The notes below the pieces were generated by a model. That model saw only the letters and a program-made list of their open reading frames with translations. It searched no databases and was not told the DNA's origin. A stretch of DNA of 64,000 bases from Octopus vulgaris. Its lineage: Eukaryota. The position numbers and the translations under genes are program-made. The stretch is from assembly GCA_951406725.2 (NCBI GenBank), contig OX597816.1:113212001-113276000 (forward strand), written 5' to 3'. This document shows, piece by piece, positions 1 to 13,370 of this stretch; position 1 is the first letter of the stretch; the number at the start of each line of letters is the position of its first letter.

Positions 1-129
1 GCTAAGATATTTTTAATTAAAATTTTAACAATGAAAATTCATTGAAGCATTTAATTTTGTTTCCTTAACACACACAAACTCACATATGCATGTGCATGCA
101 CACACACACTCCAACTTAAAAGCAATTGA

Positions 130-440
130 TGGATAAATTGTATATGTGTGATTGAAATTTGATGTTTCATAGCAAAACCATGGATACTGCTTGCAAATGT
201 GTGAAGGTTGGAAAGCTATGAAGTGAGCATATTTTGATTGCTGTGTAATGTAGTGATCTAAGTGATCTACGTAGCAGATAGAAACTAAAAGAAGACATAT
301 GAGGAAGTGATATAAACTGATTTAATGAGGCTGAGCCTCGCAAAAGAGCTAATAAAAGGCTGAAACAAATGGCAGATGCTCAGTTAGAAAAGATCCATCA
401 AACCCATGCTAGCATGGAAAAGTTGGTATTACTATCATCA
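130..440 (+). mobile_element. Decayed 3' end of an RTE-clade LINE
   Basis: Broken translation RLESYEVSIF*LLCNV ... KKTYEEVI*TDLMRLSLAKELIKG*NKWQ resembles the RTE ORF C-terminus (RLERxExxMLRWMC ... RPRKTWxEVVxxDLxxLxL). It is followed by AACCCATGCTAGCATGGAAAA, the tail shared with family C. Confidence 0.6.
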
Positions 441-1999
441 TTGTCAACATTATAAAAAAGATAATTGTGTGTGGTGGTGGTGGTGGTAAGCAGTTCTCTT
501 AGAGAGTTTAATGTCATGCGAAAGTTCATGCAATCAAACAACAGTTACATGTAATACTGTTAAGGCAAAGAAATTTCTCATTTCATGAGTAAAAATCCAA
601 AGTGATATTCAAGAGAAATATTTTGTATATTTATGCTACTCCATACCTATAATAATACCATCATTATCACATTATTTTAAATGGTTTCATGTCAGAAGTT
701 ATGTTTCCTGATTCCTTACATGTGCATTTATGTATACATTCGTGTGCATGTAAATGCTTACATCTGAATCCATGCATTATAGTTCACTATAGTTCAAGCT
801 AGAATGTGATTACTATGAAACCTTTTTTTTTTCTTGAAACCCTTCAGCAAATATTGCCGAAAGATAGATTTCTTCTACTATCTAGGTTTATTAAAATTTG
901 GTTCTTGTTTTAAGCATTCAGGAAACATAAGTTTCTGAGCACCCAGCAACTGCGTTTTGCAAAAATTAATTAAAACTAATTGCCCAAATCACTGCTTACA
1001 CATATGTGTGCATGTTAAGGAAGCAAGATTAAATGCTAGAATAAGTTCTTATTATTAGAATTTTGGCTAAAATTTAAGTTAATCATTATGTTGCTTATGT
1101 AACTATCAATAAAATACTTTGTGCAGGGCTATGATTTTTTTTTTCTTCTCTATATGTAGGGGGAAAGAAAAGAAATGTATCTAGGAATACATCTCTATCT
1201 ATCAGCATCTGAATCAATAACTTAAATAACAAAATAAGAAAAATGATTTCTTAAACTTTTGGTATTTGTTTCATGAATCTGTTTTTGGAGTTAATTGAGT
1301 CGATCCAAAAGATCACAATATGCTATTGATTGCACTTTGAATCAGTTAGATTTTCGTTTGGTTGGGAATATTCTTTATCATCTTTCAATCTCATTGAATT
1401 AGATTTACCAGTCACCTGATAGATGTACTGCTTTGTTGCAAGAAAGTAATTCTTTACATATTCATCAGTATATAGGTTACTAAAGATGGAAAAGGTTGCT
1501 GAGAATATTGACAATTAGTTCTTTCATGATCTATCTTTTCATTTGAATGAATATCACTCAGGTACTTTTTTTTCTCCTATATTTAGTACCTGGATTAAAA
1601 TCAGGTAGCCATGTTAGTTTTAAATTGTGCAAACACGCAAACATGTAGTAGTGTGTACACTAAATCTTGATATTTCTTTCTTCTGTTGATCAGCTGGACA
1701 AACTTCGATCTTCAATACTAAATGTTTTAAAAAGCGTTTTTCTTTTTTTTTTGTGCTAAAACATTGTCCTAACTGAAATCAAAATGGTGGAGATGGAAAC
1801 AAAAAGGAATAAAATGAATAATTCTACTCAATTTTAATAGATCAGGGAGTAAAAACAAATGAACAGTTATTTTCAGCGGATTATATCTTCATCATCATCA
1901 TATGTCCACTTGCAATGCAAACATGGATCAGACAAGACATCACGGTTTGAGACAATTCTTATTCAGAGTTACTGCACTTCTTGATGGATTGAAGGACTA

Positions 2000-2535
2000 T
2001 ACCATCATCGTCATCATCATTTAATTTCTGTTGTCCATGCTGGCATGGGTTGGACAGTTTGACTGGGCTGGCATGCTAGAAGGCTGCACCGAGCTCCAGT
2101 CTGATTTGGCATGGTTTTCTATGGCTGGATGCCCTTCCTAATTCTAACCACTCCAAGAGTGTAATGGGTGCTTTTATGTTCCACAGGCATGGGTGCCATT
2201 TGCGTGACACCGGTATTTGCTATGACTGTGATTTTACTCAGCTTGATGGGTCTTCTTCTCAAGCACAACATAATGCCAAAGGTTTTGGTTATTGTCTCCA
2301 TGTGGCCCAACACTTGAAAGGAACTTGGCTACTTTGCCACCATGAGGAACTCAAAAGGAACTCAGCCAGCTTGCCTTCATGAGGCCCAAAGCTCAAAAGG
2401 AACTCAGTCACTTTGCCTCCATCTGGCCCAACATCCAAAGGTTGATTTTTTTTACTTGGCTTGATGGGTCCTCTTAAGCAGAGTACATCACCAAAGGTCT
2501 CAGTCACTAGTCATTGCCTCTGTGAGGTTCAAAGT
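2000..2535 (-). mobile_element. Family C: RTE-LINE 3' end or RTE-derived non-autonomous element with (ATG)n tail and internal duplications
   Basis: Starts with (CAT)n on +, then TCCATGCTGGCATGGGTTGGAC...GGCTGGATGCCCTTCCTAA. The minus strand at about 2452-2535 reads LNLTEAMTSD*DLW*CTLLKRTHQAK*, an RTE-like ORF end. Related copies at 4.4, 6.9, 31.0 and 38.5 kb. Confidence 0.85.
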
Positions 2536-3622
2536 TTTATATATATGTACTTGAAGGGGATATATGTATTTTGAGTTTCCAAGCTGTTTCATCAGGAGGA
2601 CAAAATATTATAATCACTCCATCCTAAACTCATAGAATGTAACATCCTATACTCTTAACCTTTGAAAGATAATATAAAACACTCTGCTTTAAATACTCAC
2701 TGAGCATGATTTATATATATAGACACACACACACATATATATATAATCACCTTCATTTAACATCTGTTTTCCATTCATATAATGAGAAGAAAACCTTTCT
2801 GAATTTCATATTGTAAATGGTTCTATTAATAATTCATATTTTGAAAGGTTCTTTTATGAAAATCTAATTTTATCATCTTATTACAAATCAACCTCATTCA
2901 AATCAGAATATTTTGTTTTCAGTGGTTTTTCTTATTAGCAGATAATATCTCAGAGAATATTGTTGCTGATTCATTTTAGAACTACAGACAGTAAAGAAAC
3001 TTTTTCTTTATCCTCTGTCTCAGAATTCTTACCCAATAGATACTTCACCTACTAAGTAACATTTTCTCAGCATTACAATAGAAGTATTCCAAAATTTCAG
3101 TAGTTTAATGAATTCTAGAATTGAATTATGTTCCTCTCACATCACTGATTGTTGCAGTGACCTCTACAATGACACGGCCAGGTAAACTGTCACAAGAGAC
3201 ATTGATTTCTTTATCAGTCTGTGCAGCCATATAGCTTAGCATTGCAGTTTTTAGTTTTGGTGCATTGTTATTCCGCTAATATTTGGTTCTGATTTTGAAG
3301 TTTGGATATAACATACAATCATATACTATTTCATACCTGTTGTTGTCTTCCATCTTTGTCAAAACCAAGTAATTAAAAATGAGATATTTTATTGCCTCTT
3401 CTTTAATAGATATTTTCATATCTACTATACATAATAGCAATTGCACATTCTGAATTATCATTGACCTTTTCCATTCTTATTTTCTTTTTGAAGTTTTAGT
3501 TGTCAGGAATTGGTCCAGAACTGCTACACATAAGCTTTATTATTATTATTATTGTTGTTATTATTCTTTTTTTTAAAGTTAGGACAACTATGACAAACAT
3601 ATTACTGTGGCATACTACCATA

Positions 3623-4000
3623 TTTTTTATCTTTTATCTTTTACTTGTTTTCGTCATTTGACTGTGGCCATGCTGGGGCACCACTTTGAAGGGCTTTTTT
3701 TGTTTTACTTGAACAAATTGACCCCAGGACTTTTTGTTTTATATATTCTATCAGTCTGTTTTACCAAACCACTAAGTTACAGGAACGTAAACATACAATC
3801 ACCACATGTCAAGCAGTGATGGGGAAAAACAAAGACACACACACATACACAACAGCCTTCTTTCAGTTTTTGTCTATCAAATCCACTCACAAGGCTTTGA
3901 TCAGCCAGAGGCTATAGTAGAAGACGCTTGCACAAGATGTCATGCAATAGGACTGAACCTAGAACCATGTGGTTGGAACACAAGCCTTTTTATCACACAG
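3623..4000 (-). mobile_element. Family A tRNA-derived CORE-type SINE, diverged
   Basis: Reverse complement aligns by eye along its length to the young copy at 63283-63681, including the ATGACxGAAACAAGTAAAAGA tail and internal (CA)n. Confidence 0.9.
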
Positions 4001-4439
4001 TTAAGCTTGAACTTATAATGTCAGTGCCCCCAGGTGATATGACTAAAGTAATTTATTATAAAGAATCTGTCAACATAAACATACTTTATGAGGATTTCAA
4101 TATGCAGGTATTTGTTATAAAAATCTATGCAGAATATTTTGGTTGTTAGTGGTTATTTTTGTGTAACATAGATGAAAAACTTAATGCACTGGTTCAACAA
4201 CAGAATGAGAGATTGATGGAGCAAGTGGCAATGTTTTTGGTAGACTCTGCACTGGATTTAGTCTAACTAAAGTGAAATGGCAGGAGTGGTACATAATGCA
4301 GAATCCTATTTCTGTAACAGTGAAAAAATCCAAACTATGAGTCACCTGCTGGTTTGCCTATTATTTGGGTTTTTCTATTTCAAATAGTAACACAAAGAAT
4401 TTGCAAGATTACATAAAAAAAGGCAGAAAGATTTGATAT

Positions 4440-4830
4440 TAATCATCATCATCATCATTAAATGTCCATTTTCCATGCTAGTGTGGGTGGATGGTTTGAC
4501 AGAAGCTGGCCCACGGAAGAGCCACCCAGGCTCCATGTCTATTTTAGAAAAGTTTCTATGGCTGGATGCCCTTCTTAATGCCAACCCCTTTATAGAGTCT
4601 ACTGGATGCTTTTACATGACACCAGCACAGGAACTTTTTTACATGGCACCAGTACCCACAAACCCGCAAGATTAGGAATGCTCAGCTGAAGAGGAATGCA
4701 GGGGACATGCTTGTATGCAAGGACAATCATGTATTTACTTGACATATCTTCTCAAGCACAGCAAACCACCAGAAGTCTTGGTCCCCTGTCATCCCTTCTG
4801 TGAGGCCCAACATCTAAAGATTTTTCTTGT
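4440..4830 (-). mobile_element. Family C RTE-type 3' element
   Basis: (CAT)n, TTTCCATGCTAGTGTGGGTGGATGGTTTGAC, GGCTGGATGCCCTTCTTAATGCCAACC and TGTGAGGCCCAACATC, all shared with other family C copies. Confidence 0.85.
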
Positions 4831-4839
4831 GATAATAAT

Positions 4840-5070
4840 ACTCTTTGATTTTGGTACAAAGCAGTTTTGAGGTGAGGGGATAAGCCAATATCATCAACCT
4901 CAGTACTTGTCTGGTATTTCATCAACCCAAAAGGATAACAGGCAAGCTGACCATAGCAGAATTTGATCTCAGAATTTAAAGAGCAAAAACAAATACTGCA
5001 GAGTGTTTTTCCTTTTTTTTTTTTTTTTTTTTTTTTTTGATGCACTAAAAATTCTGCCACTCACTACCTT
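4840..5070 (-). mobile_element. Family B tRNA-derived SINE, diverged
   Basis: Reverse complement matches 18945-19162 (TTCTGAGxTCAAATTCTGC B-box region; GTACTGxGGTxGAT; TTGTxCCAAAA tail). Confidence 0.75.
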
Positions 5071-5149
5071 TGAAATGTTGAATAATAATAATAATTATTA
5101 TTATTATTTTTATTATTATCATTGTCATTATCATTATTATTATTATTAT

Positions 5150-5350
5150 GGTTTTTGATTTAGACACAACGTCAGGGTTTTTGAGAGCAAGGGTTTAGTT
5201 GATACCATCGACCCCCATCCTTGATTAGAACTTTATTTTATTGACCTCCAAAAGGTTGGAAAGTAAAGTCATCCTCATTGGGATTTGAACCCAAGATGTA
5301 AAGAGCTGGAACAAACACCACAATGCATTTTGTCCAATTCTTGCAATTCA
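5150..5350 (-). mobile_element. Family B SINE, diverged
   Basis: GGGATTTGAACCCAAG (B-box, reverse strand), TTTATTGACCTCCAAAAGGTTGGAAAGTAAAGTC and ATCGACCCC; lies next to an (ATT)n tail. Confidence 0.75.
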
Positions 5351-6479
5351 CTCATTGAAATAATAACTACCGGTTGAAGCAAAGTAAAAATATCTTCTAG
5401 AGCAGATAGTTGACAAGAAGTGAGCACCATTACATTTATGTTTATTTTATATCTATACATTTAAACATTTTTACACACCCCATTTCTATCTTTATTTGTA
5501 TTTATATTGCATCATAAATAAAACTAAATTTGAAGCAAACATAGAGTTTGCTTCAAATTTAGTTTTATTTTATTTTACCATTTATATTATCTTTTATTCC
5601 GTAACATCTCTGAAGGAGAGAAGGGGAAAACAAAAACTTATTACCAGTTTAGGAAATCTAAGTATGTGGAAAGAAAAATCAGAAACCATGTTAAATCTTT
5701 AAACGAGTCTTTTAGGAATAAAAATATATATATAAATTAAAGAAAAGATATGACATTTAATGTGAAACATCGAAGCTTATGAAGCCACAAAATGCAGTGG
5801 ATTAAACCAAGAATATCTCTGCATGTTAAAAGAAAAAAAAAAAATAGAAACAGGATTACAGTTCATCAGAAAATAATCAAACAGGATTATGATAGACTCT
5901 GCCAAGCACTGAAGAAAACAAAAACTTTCATCAAAGATGGGATGTTGATTAGATGAAATCTAGGAATTGATTTTAGTTTTAATGCTTGTCTCAGCAGAAT
6001 TTAATGTATGGGGAAAATTTTTTCAAGTCTATTTAAAAACTTCCCTGCACTAGGAACACTCAAACTCTCGTTCCACTGCAAAGTCTGCTATGGCTCTAAT
6101 CATTAATTTTGATAAGATTTTATAATATTGATCTTCTTTGCCATTATGTTCAAGTATTTTTCTTTTAAATATTCAAATACTAACTATTTACTCTCATAAT
6201 GAAGGTAGTGGCAAGTAGCATCAGTATGGCATTAATTACATATATAAATAATAATTTTTTTCTAAATTTATTATTTAGGGAAAATATTCATACATACAAT
6301 TTTGTCTGTTTGTAGATGTATGCATATAAATCTCATATTATCTGTGTAAATTCACAATTTATATTAAACCCACAAAAATACCCATGCCCTCTCTCTTTTT
6401 CTCTTTCTCTCTCTGTCTCACACACATTTCTACAAACCTCATCCTCATGGTCGCACATTTGCAACATACAAAATCATTT

Positions 6480-8075
6480 CTGATCCTTCCAAAGTAAGGT
6501 GTCTAACTGTGACAATATTCTACCTTTATCCTCACATAGTGTATTCTGGAATATGCTTCTGTCTTTACTAAATTCTTATATTTTCCTTCTTCTACAATGT
6601 ATATACTAGTCTATGAGAATTTGCCACAGTGTATCCCATTCTCAAGCAGGCAACCTCTCTCATTCTTGCTAACTTACTGCCCTATTGTTCTTGCAATCAA
6701 CATAATGAATGTGATGAAAGCCCTCATTAACAACTGCCTCCATTATCAATTTTTATTATCCTTGTCACTAACCACAATAGCTCAGAGTACAGTAATATCT
6801 CATACATTCTCTCACTGTACTTTAACTATCTTATAGTTAATTCTAATCATTCATACTCACTTGTAATGCCATCCCTCACTAATCTTTAATACACATGTAT
6901 CATCCATATCATTATTTAATGTCTGTTGTTCATGTTGGCATGGGTTGGATGGTTTGACCAGGGCTGGCAAGCTGGAAGGCTGCATCAAGCTCCAGTCTGA
7001 TTTGGCATGGTTTCTATGGCTGGAGGCCCTTCCTAATGGCAACCACTCCAAGAGTGTAATGGGTGCTTTTGCATGACACCAGTATCTTCCATGATTACAA
7101 TTTTATTTGGCTTGATGGGTCTTCTTCTCAAGCACAGTATAATCCCAAAGGTCTGTCATTCGTCATTGCCTCCATGAGGCCCAATACTCCAAAGGTGCTT
7201 TTCGTGTACCACTAGCATCAGCGACTATGCCTCTGTGAGGCCCAACACTCGAAAGATGCTTTTTACATGCCACCAGCATGAGTGCCAGTTATGTGACACC
7301 AGCATTGGCTACAACTACGATTTCACTTGGCTTGACAAGTCTTCTCAAACATAGCATCAATCAGATATATCATATTCAATAGAGATCTAATAATCTTGTC
7401 TCCTTCACCAGTACCAAAGTGCAATCAGTATATATATCAAGGACACAATCTCATAATATTATTCTCTCCCTACTCTACAAAGCTCAACTGACCCCACTTT
7501 GAAGTTAATCATCATTATTGAACTACAACTTGCATTGTGTTGGGTACATTTACAGCCATGCCATCCATATATCTATCATTTGTTTCCTAAGTTCATCAAC
7601 CATTGTGGCATCACTTTCCTCCAACAGTGTTTTCACCGTCATTTAACAATACTGTGTATATAGCTGGTATGATGCAGTTAAAACACATGCAAACATCTTC
7701 GTGTGATGACTAAAAACTAAAGAAAAGTCATCCATCAGACAAAGAATCACTGACCAACACTCACAACTGCAAATCCATATTTTTTCTCCCAGCTTATAAC
7801 AGCACTACAGTGGTTTCTGCTCCTCTGTACAAGATGTGATATACCATCACCACTGTCACTACCACCCAAGCCCATCCATTGCTCATACATCTCTTCCTTT
7901 CACCCCTGTTGTAGCTAACCCTGTCTGTAAATCCTATCTCCTTAGAACTCCTTCCCTGTCCTGTATTTGTACAGGCATCAACCCACAGAAGTCCAAGCTG
8001 AACTTTAATTGTTTCAACTTCAATAATCTGAGCAGGCTGGTCTATAAAGGTCATTGGTGTCACTCTTTCTTCTCC
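6480..8075 (+). mobile_element. Highly decayed CR1/L2-group LINE ORF2 remnant, interrupted by a family C insertion
   Basis: YCPIVLAINIMNVMKALINNCL (ORF 6597-6836) resembles NYRPISLLSxxSKVMExLIN before the RT domain. CTACTCTACAAAGCTCAACTGACCCCACTTTGAAG at about 7470 resembles LYKAQIRPxLEY. GINPQKSKLNFN at about 7975 resembles the C-terminus. Many stops and deletions. Confidence 0.7.
6898..7357 (-). mobile_element. Family C RTE-type 3' element nested in the older LINE
   Basis: Same tail as 2000-2535, with repeated TGAGGCCCAAxACTCxAAAG and GCTTTT-CxTG-CACCAG sub-blocks. Confidence 0.88.
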
Positions 8076-8777
8076 AACAAAATAACGTAAAAAGTAAAAT
8101 ATATTTTGATAAATATTTATCCAGCACACTGGTTCAGTTAGTCAGTTACTTGACTTTCCATGATTGACTCATTTGACATGCAGTGGTGGGTGCACTGGTA
8201 ATTTTAAGTGTAAGTGAAATAGCTATTAACTAGAATCAATTTTCACTGATGCACATATATACATATGAGGCATATTGATCTCCTTTTGTTTCATTTTGAA
8301 ACTGCTCTGTGTGTTGCCATGATTTCTATAATCATAATTGTGTACTCAACAAATGAATGATATTCATTTTTTTTAATTGGTTTTTTTCTTTTTAGTATGG
8401 TCATACTAAACTTATCTTGTTTGTTAAAAATAATGATGTGAAATTTACTCACCAAGTATTAGTGATAAGTTTTTGTTAACTCAGTTTCATTTTCTTTTTG
8501 AGGACATTTATTAGCACACAAAGATTTTATATAGTCTCTGTCTCTGTTTAAACCCTTACGCATGAACAATACTCTTATTTTCTTTTGTGTGACTCGTTTA
8601 AATATAGGTACTATTGTTCCTTTGTATTTCAGGAGCTGACCTTATTCAAAGTCTTTATCCATACAACCTTGCAAATCATGCATATGTATTTTTGAATTGA
8701 TTTTGTTACCCACTTCGCACTACAATGAAAAAAGGGATACGTTAAAGTTTTTAGGAAATTAATTCAGTCTAGACTGT

Positions 8778-8970
8778 ATTGTTGTTGTTTAACTCCAAGT
8801 CAGCTGTGCTCAAGCAAGCCTATGATCAATGCTATGACTGTCCCATATCTTTTTTTCTTTTTTGACACAATATATCCATCCAATGTGTCTTTTCTTTTTT
8901 AAGATGGTGTGGTTTGAGATAAATTTGACTGTCTAGCAGATTTTGCAACAACATAGTGGCTCACCCATTA
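8778..8970 (-). mobile_element. Family D short interspersed repeat with (AAC)n tail
   Basis: GTTGTTGTTTAACxCCAxGTCAGC...CCTATGATCAA...TTTTAAGATGGT...TTTGAGxxAxATTTG. Related copies near 13.4, 35.9, 44.5, 48.2, 51.1, 55.4, 61.7 and 63.0 kb. Confidence 0.75.
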
Positions 8971-8982
8971 CTTCCCAATTCT

Positions 8983-8983
<1 letters not shown>

Positions 8984-9027
<44 letters not shown>
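8984..9027. repeat. (TA)n microsatellite
   Basis: Direct inspection. Confidence 0.98.
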
Positions 9028-9029
<2 letters not shown>

Positions 9030-10872
9030 GCGATACTATATAAAGTATACAAAGCAGTTACCTACTGCTGTTTTAGTTTACTTTTTATTTGAAATTGTTG
9101 CAGTTGCAGGTAGAGTGTTTGTTAAGTGTGTGTTTGTGAGAGAGAGAGAGAGAGAGAGATCAATGGCAATATATCTAACAGTAAAAGCATATTTCAGTAG
9201 CTCTTGAGATTTGTTTTCAACCTCTCATTCAAAACCTGAATGCTTGATTTGTATATTTCTCTAAGATTACACTAATTGTCATACTTTAGTTAAAGGTACT
9301 AATGATGCCTTTTAAATAAATGTATCTATCAAAAAACATCAACCTTCTTTTTTTTCAATTTGTTGATAAATTGAATTGTTGAGTGAATGAAAGTTTCTAA
9401 CATTCAGTCCATTCTATTTTGGTTATCTGGTAGATAGCATCATTTAGTTAGCATAAACCTTTAAATGATTAGTATTTGGCTTTATCATATAAGCTGATTT
9501 CAACTGAACAAAATTAGAACTGTGTAACTATGATATTACCTAGAAGGTAGTCATTCCTATTTAACTACAGAAGACAGTATTTTCTATTTAACTTATACAT
9601 TTACTTCAATGAACATCTGACTTCCTCTGCTTGTCTAGTCAACCAATTTATCTATTCCCCATTGATTGCTTGCTTTATTTGCTTCAGTGCCAACTAATAA
9701 TAATACCTAGGCATAAGGAGTCTGATGCTTTCTGTTACTGCTGCCACCACAGTTACAAACACAAACAAAAAAAATGTAGACAAAACATTTGTCATCCAGC
9801 AGCTGCATAGTCTAGGTCAATGCAAAGCACGTCATTAAGGCAAGAATATCTATTATCTGTGGAGCATTTAACAAGCTTTTCCCCCCTCTTTCAGGCAATA
9901 GCTTATTTTCTTTATTCACCAACTGCATCTCTACAGTAGAATTCTATATCTTTTCCTTCACACCTAGTATTATTTCTGATGATGTATTACAACCTTCCTA
10001 TATCACAAAGGCTTAACCCTTTTGTTAAATGTTATATATTTTCACTCTGTAGTTGTTGATATCCACACAGATAACATCCTCATCATCAATTCTTCTCAGA
10101 TTATTTATTTTATATAGAAATGAGAACAGACAGACAAATGCAGTCTTCATTAGAATCAGAAATGCAAAAAAAGTTCCCACCATCACTTATTTTTTTAAAA
10201 GTTATTTTTGAAAATTATTTTGTATTTGAGATTTGAGTATTTATGAATATTTTGATTTGGTTTTACATAGACTGTTATGAAAAATAAATATAATTGCTGT
10301 TCTCGGTGCATTGCACATAAACAGGGTACATTATCATAGAAATAATTCTAAATATGATGGCGATATTAAGGGGAATGGTAAACAAATTTAGAGATGACAT
10401 TGATAGATAAATTTTACCTTTTCAGTAGTGTTTTTTTTTATATCATTTATATAAATACATCATGACAACATTGTGGTAGAATTGTGAAAATGAAGTCGTG
10501 ATTATATTATTGAGAAGGGGAAGGTGAGAGAGGCAAATGTCTCTCACTATTAAAACATTATTTTTGTACCAGAAAAATACTATTATTAGTTAATGATTTA
10601 AGAGAAAAGACTGATGCACTACACAATTTATCCAATTAAGCAAAGAGACGATGTCATATGCTCCATGTCATTGTTTCATTCCAGCCATAAACGTGGCAGT
10701 TTTGACTGATCACTATAGTTTAAAAGTTAGAATTGATCAACTATATTTTGCATAAAGAACAAAACTTATCTCAAAAGGTTGCTTTGTGAGCAAAGTATGA
10801 AGAACAGCTTCTAGACATGTGCTACTCATGAACCAGAGATGAGTAAGAGAAAACTAGTGACTACTTTCTTTG

Positions 10873-11194
10873 TATACTAATGTTGCTTTATCCCAAAAAG
10901 AACAATGCAGTGGGGAAGTGGGTAGTTGAAGTTAAGAACACATTTCAAATATCATTCTTGTTGACATAATGAATCAAATGGAAATATATTAATAAAATAT
11001 ATTATGAAAAATCTAGATGCCACCTTCTATATATATTAATGTTGTTTTATCTTAAAAAGGACAATATAGTAAGAAAATGGGTGGTTGAAGTTAAATCTTT
11101 GAACACATCTAAAAGATCTTTCATGTTGACATAATGAATCAAATGAAAATATGTTAATAAAAGATATTGTGAAGATTAATATGCATACCTGTAT
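10873..11194. repeat. Two-copy diverged tandem duplication, unit about 160 bp
   Basis: TATAxTAATGTTGxTTTATC at 10873 and 11032. Both units contain GTTGACATAATGAATCAAATG. Confidence 0.9.
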
Positions 11195-11199
11195 TTAAG

Positions 11200-11770
11200 C
11201 TAAAATGGTGCCTTGTTTCAGGCCTGTATTGTACTACACATCAGTCTGTTCACTCCTACCATCTGTATCTGGACTGCCATCTGTTTTATCTCAGGATTTT
11301 TTTTTTATCATATTTCAGATCACGTTTTTTAAAATGTCTTTGCCATGTCAGTTTAGGCCATCTTACTGCTCTTTTGCTACCATTAGATTTACACTCCAGT
11401 CTCCTTTTCTGTATTCTTTCATAATCCATGCACAATACCTTAAACCCAGCCACCTTAACATTCTTGTTCGTAGCATTACTATTAATTCCTTCTGTTTTGA
11501 GCATTTCTCCATTGGTGATTTGATCCCTATCTCTTATATTGCAGGATACTATCCAAACCCTTTTGTTGGAATGCATTCAGTCTATTTTATTGCTTTCATC
11601 TAGTTATCATGCTTCACCGTCATAGAAAGAGAATATAGACAAGCATATTGAACAGGAAACTGTAATTGTAGTTTTTATCCTGAAGCTTTATTAGTTTTCA
11701 AATATTGGTACGTCTACCAAATGCTGCTCTAGCCTATCCAATTCTGATGTTGACCTCCCTGCCATGACCT
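11200..11770 (-). mobile_element. Decayed RTE-clade LINE ORF C-terminal fragment
   Basis: Minus strand gives REVNIRIG*ARAAFG at about 11715-11760. ORF 11286-11576 gives DQITNGEML...VLCMDYERIQKRRLECKSNGSKRAVRWPKLTW, resembling RTE DxITNxEVL...HVLRMxxxRIxK...GxRxxGRPKxTW. Confidence 0.8.
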
Positions 11771-13204
11771 GTACATATATTGTAATATCTAAGGAAGGGA
11801 AAAAAGTGTATATTTGATGGATCAGTTATTATGAAATATCTTGGCGTTGTGACCATTGACCATAAGTCATATGAAAATAATTATGAAAGCATCTTTTGTT
11901 ATATTCAGTTCTTACTAAAGTACAATTCAATCAGTTCCTTATTGGGTTTTTTATACTGTTCTGTGTATATGTAGATCTGCATATATTTATATACAACTGA
12001 GGGATATAGCTACATAATCTTTCTCTCAATAGTTTACTTAAAATCATATGTAATCCAGTTTTCAAGTATATATACTTTGATTAATCTTTTTGGTAAAAAC
12101 CTTTCAAGTAATGGAAATCTTTTAGTTGTTTAAAATTGACTGATTACTTAATTTAGACTGAATAATCTTATTTTACAAAATATAGCTTATATTGAGGGTT
12201 ATGAAATTTTAACTCATATTCATTTAAAATATATCTCCCACAAAACTGTATTTTTTTCTGCTGCATTATATTATCTCATATTATATAATTTATCCAAAAT
12301 TATTTGTGAAACCTTCTGCTTCTGTCTTTGCTACAATTTTCTTACTCTGAACACGTTTGCTTTATACTCTTCCTAATGAAATATGCTTGCTATAACTGTG
12401 TATATATAATCTTTCAGGTATCCATTATATATTATATTACTGGGATATGACTCAGGATTTCTCCTTACAATGCCAAGGCTAGCACTTTGGAAGCCACTAC
12501 AGTGTCATAATAAATAGTCTTTCATAAGTGAAAATGGGTTTATACTGCGTGTGTGTGTGTGTGTGGAGATTAAAATGGTCAACAAATAAGCCATTATTCT
12601 GCAGTAATAGAAAATCTAGTAATTGAAAAACCAAATAGGATCTAATTAGATTTTGTCATCACTTTACCTTTATTGCATAATTTCAGTCTAAGTAGCAATT
12701 TATCATCCAAATCAGATCTCTGCTTGAAAGGAACATTGAGAAAATTAAGTTTTTCTCTTCACCTAAGATTAATTTTAACACTTTTCCTTTACAAAATTCA
12801 GAATTGTTATCTTGATAAATATTGCTTAAATATATCTTAAATACTAATTAAGTCTCAAGTAGGAAAATACTTTATACAGTATTGTAATTCAATTTGAAAT
12901 TCAGTTAGAGAATTAACAAATAGTTAATGAATATTTTTCTTAGGCCTTTTTCTTGTTTCAAAATGCAAAATTATATAGGAGCTTAACGATTTACTTTTTC
13001 ATCATTATAGATACTAGAAAAACCACTGTCCTCTGGGTGGTTTTATTCTACTTATATAATGTGCCTTGTGCCCTCAACTCTTGGTAGAGTTACAAGGAAC
13101 TGTGTTATGATGTGCAGCATATTTTGGGAATTTTAAACCTAGCAGAGCCTATTCCTCTCTCTGACCAAGTTCAATTTTCTTCCCGAGAGAGAGAGAGAGA
13201 GAAT

Positions 13205-13370
13205 GAAAGAGAAAATAACCCAGTACTGGACTGGTACTTTATTTATCAACCATACAAGGATGAAAAACAAAGTTGATCCAAGCAGGTACCAAACATGGAT
13301 CACAGAGAGCAGTAATGAATCTCACAAGGCATTATATCCAAGTTGTAAGGGCTATATCAATATACTGCCA
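13205..13370 (-). mobile_element. Family B SINE fragment
   Basis: CCCAGTACTGGACTGGTACTTTATTTATCAACCATACAAGGATGAAAAACAAAGTTGATCC is the reverse complement of the family B body. Confidence 0.7.

Noticed and set aside
1323-1415. Possible minus-strand terminal exon (cag|VTGKSNSMRLKDDKEYSQPNENLTDSKCNQ*)
   Set aside because: No polypyrimidine tract before the AG, no recognisable motif and no convincing partner exons on minus.
3337-3353. Possible minus-strand microexon ATGGAAGACAACAACAG|gtatga
   Set aside because: Good donor but AAG acceptor and 17-nt length; expected by chance in 64 kb.
8610-8700. Strong-looking plus-strand acceptor (tgttcctttgtatttcag|GAG)
   Set aside because: No strong donor follows and the translations look non-coding; cannot be supported without RNA data.
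12400-12425. AG|GT recursive-splice-like site (ctttcag|gtatcc)
   Set aside because: Short pyrimidine tract and weak regenerated donor.
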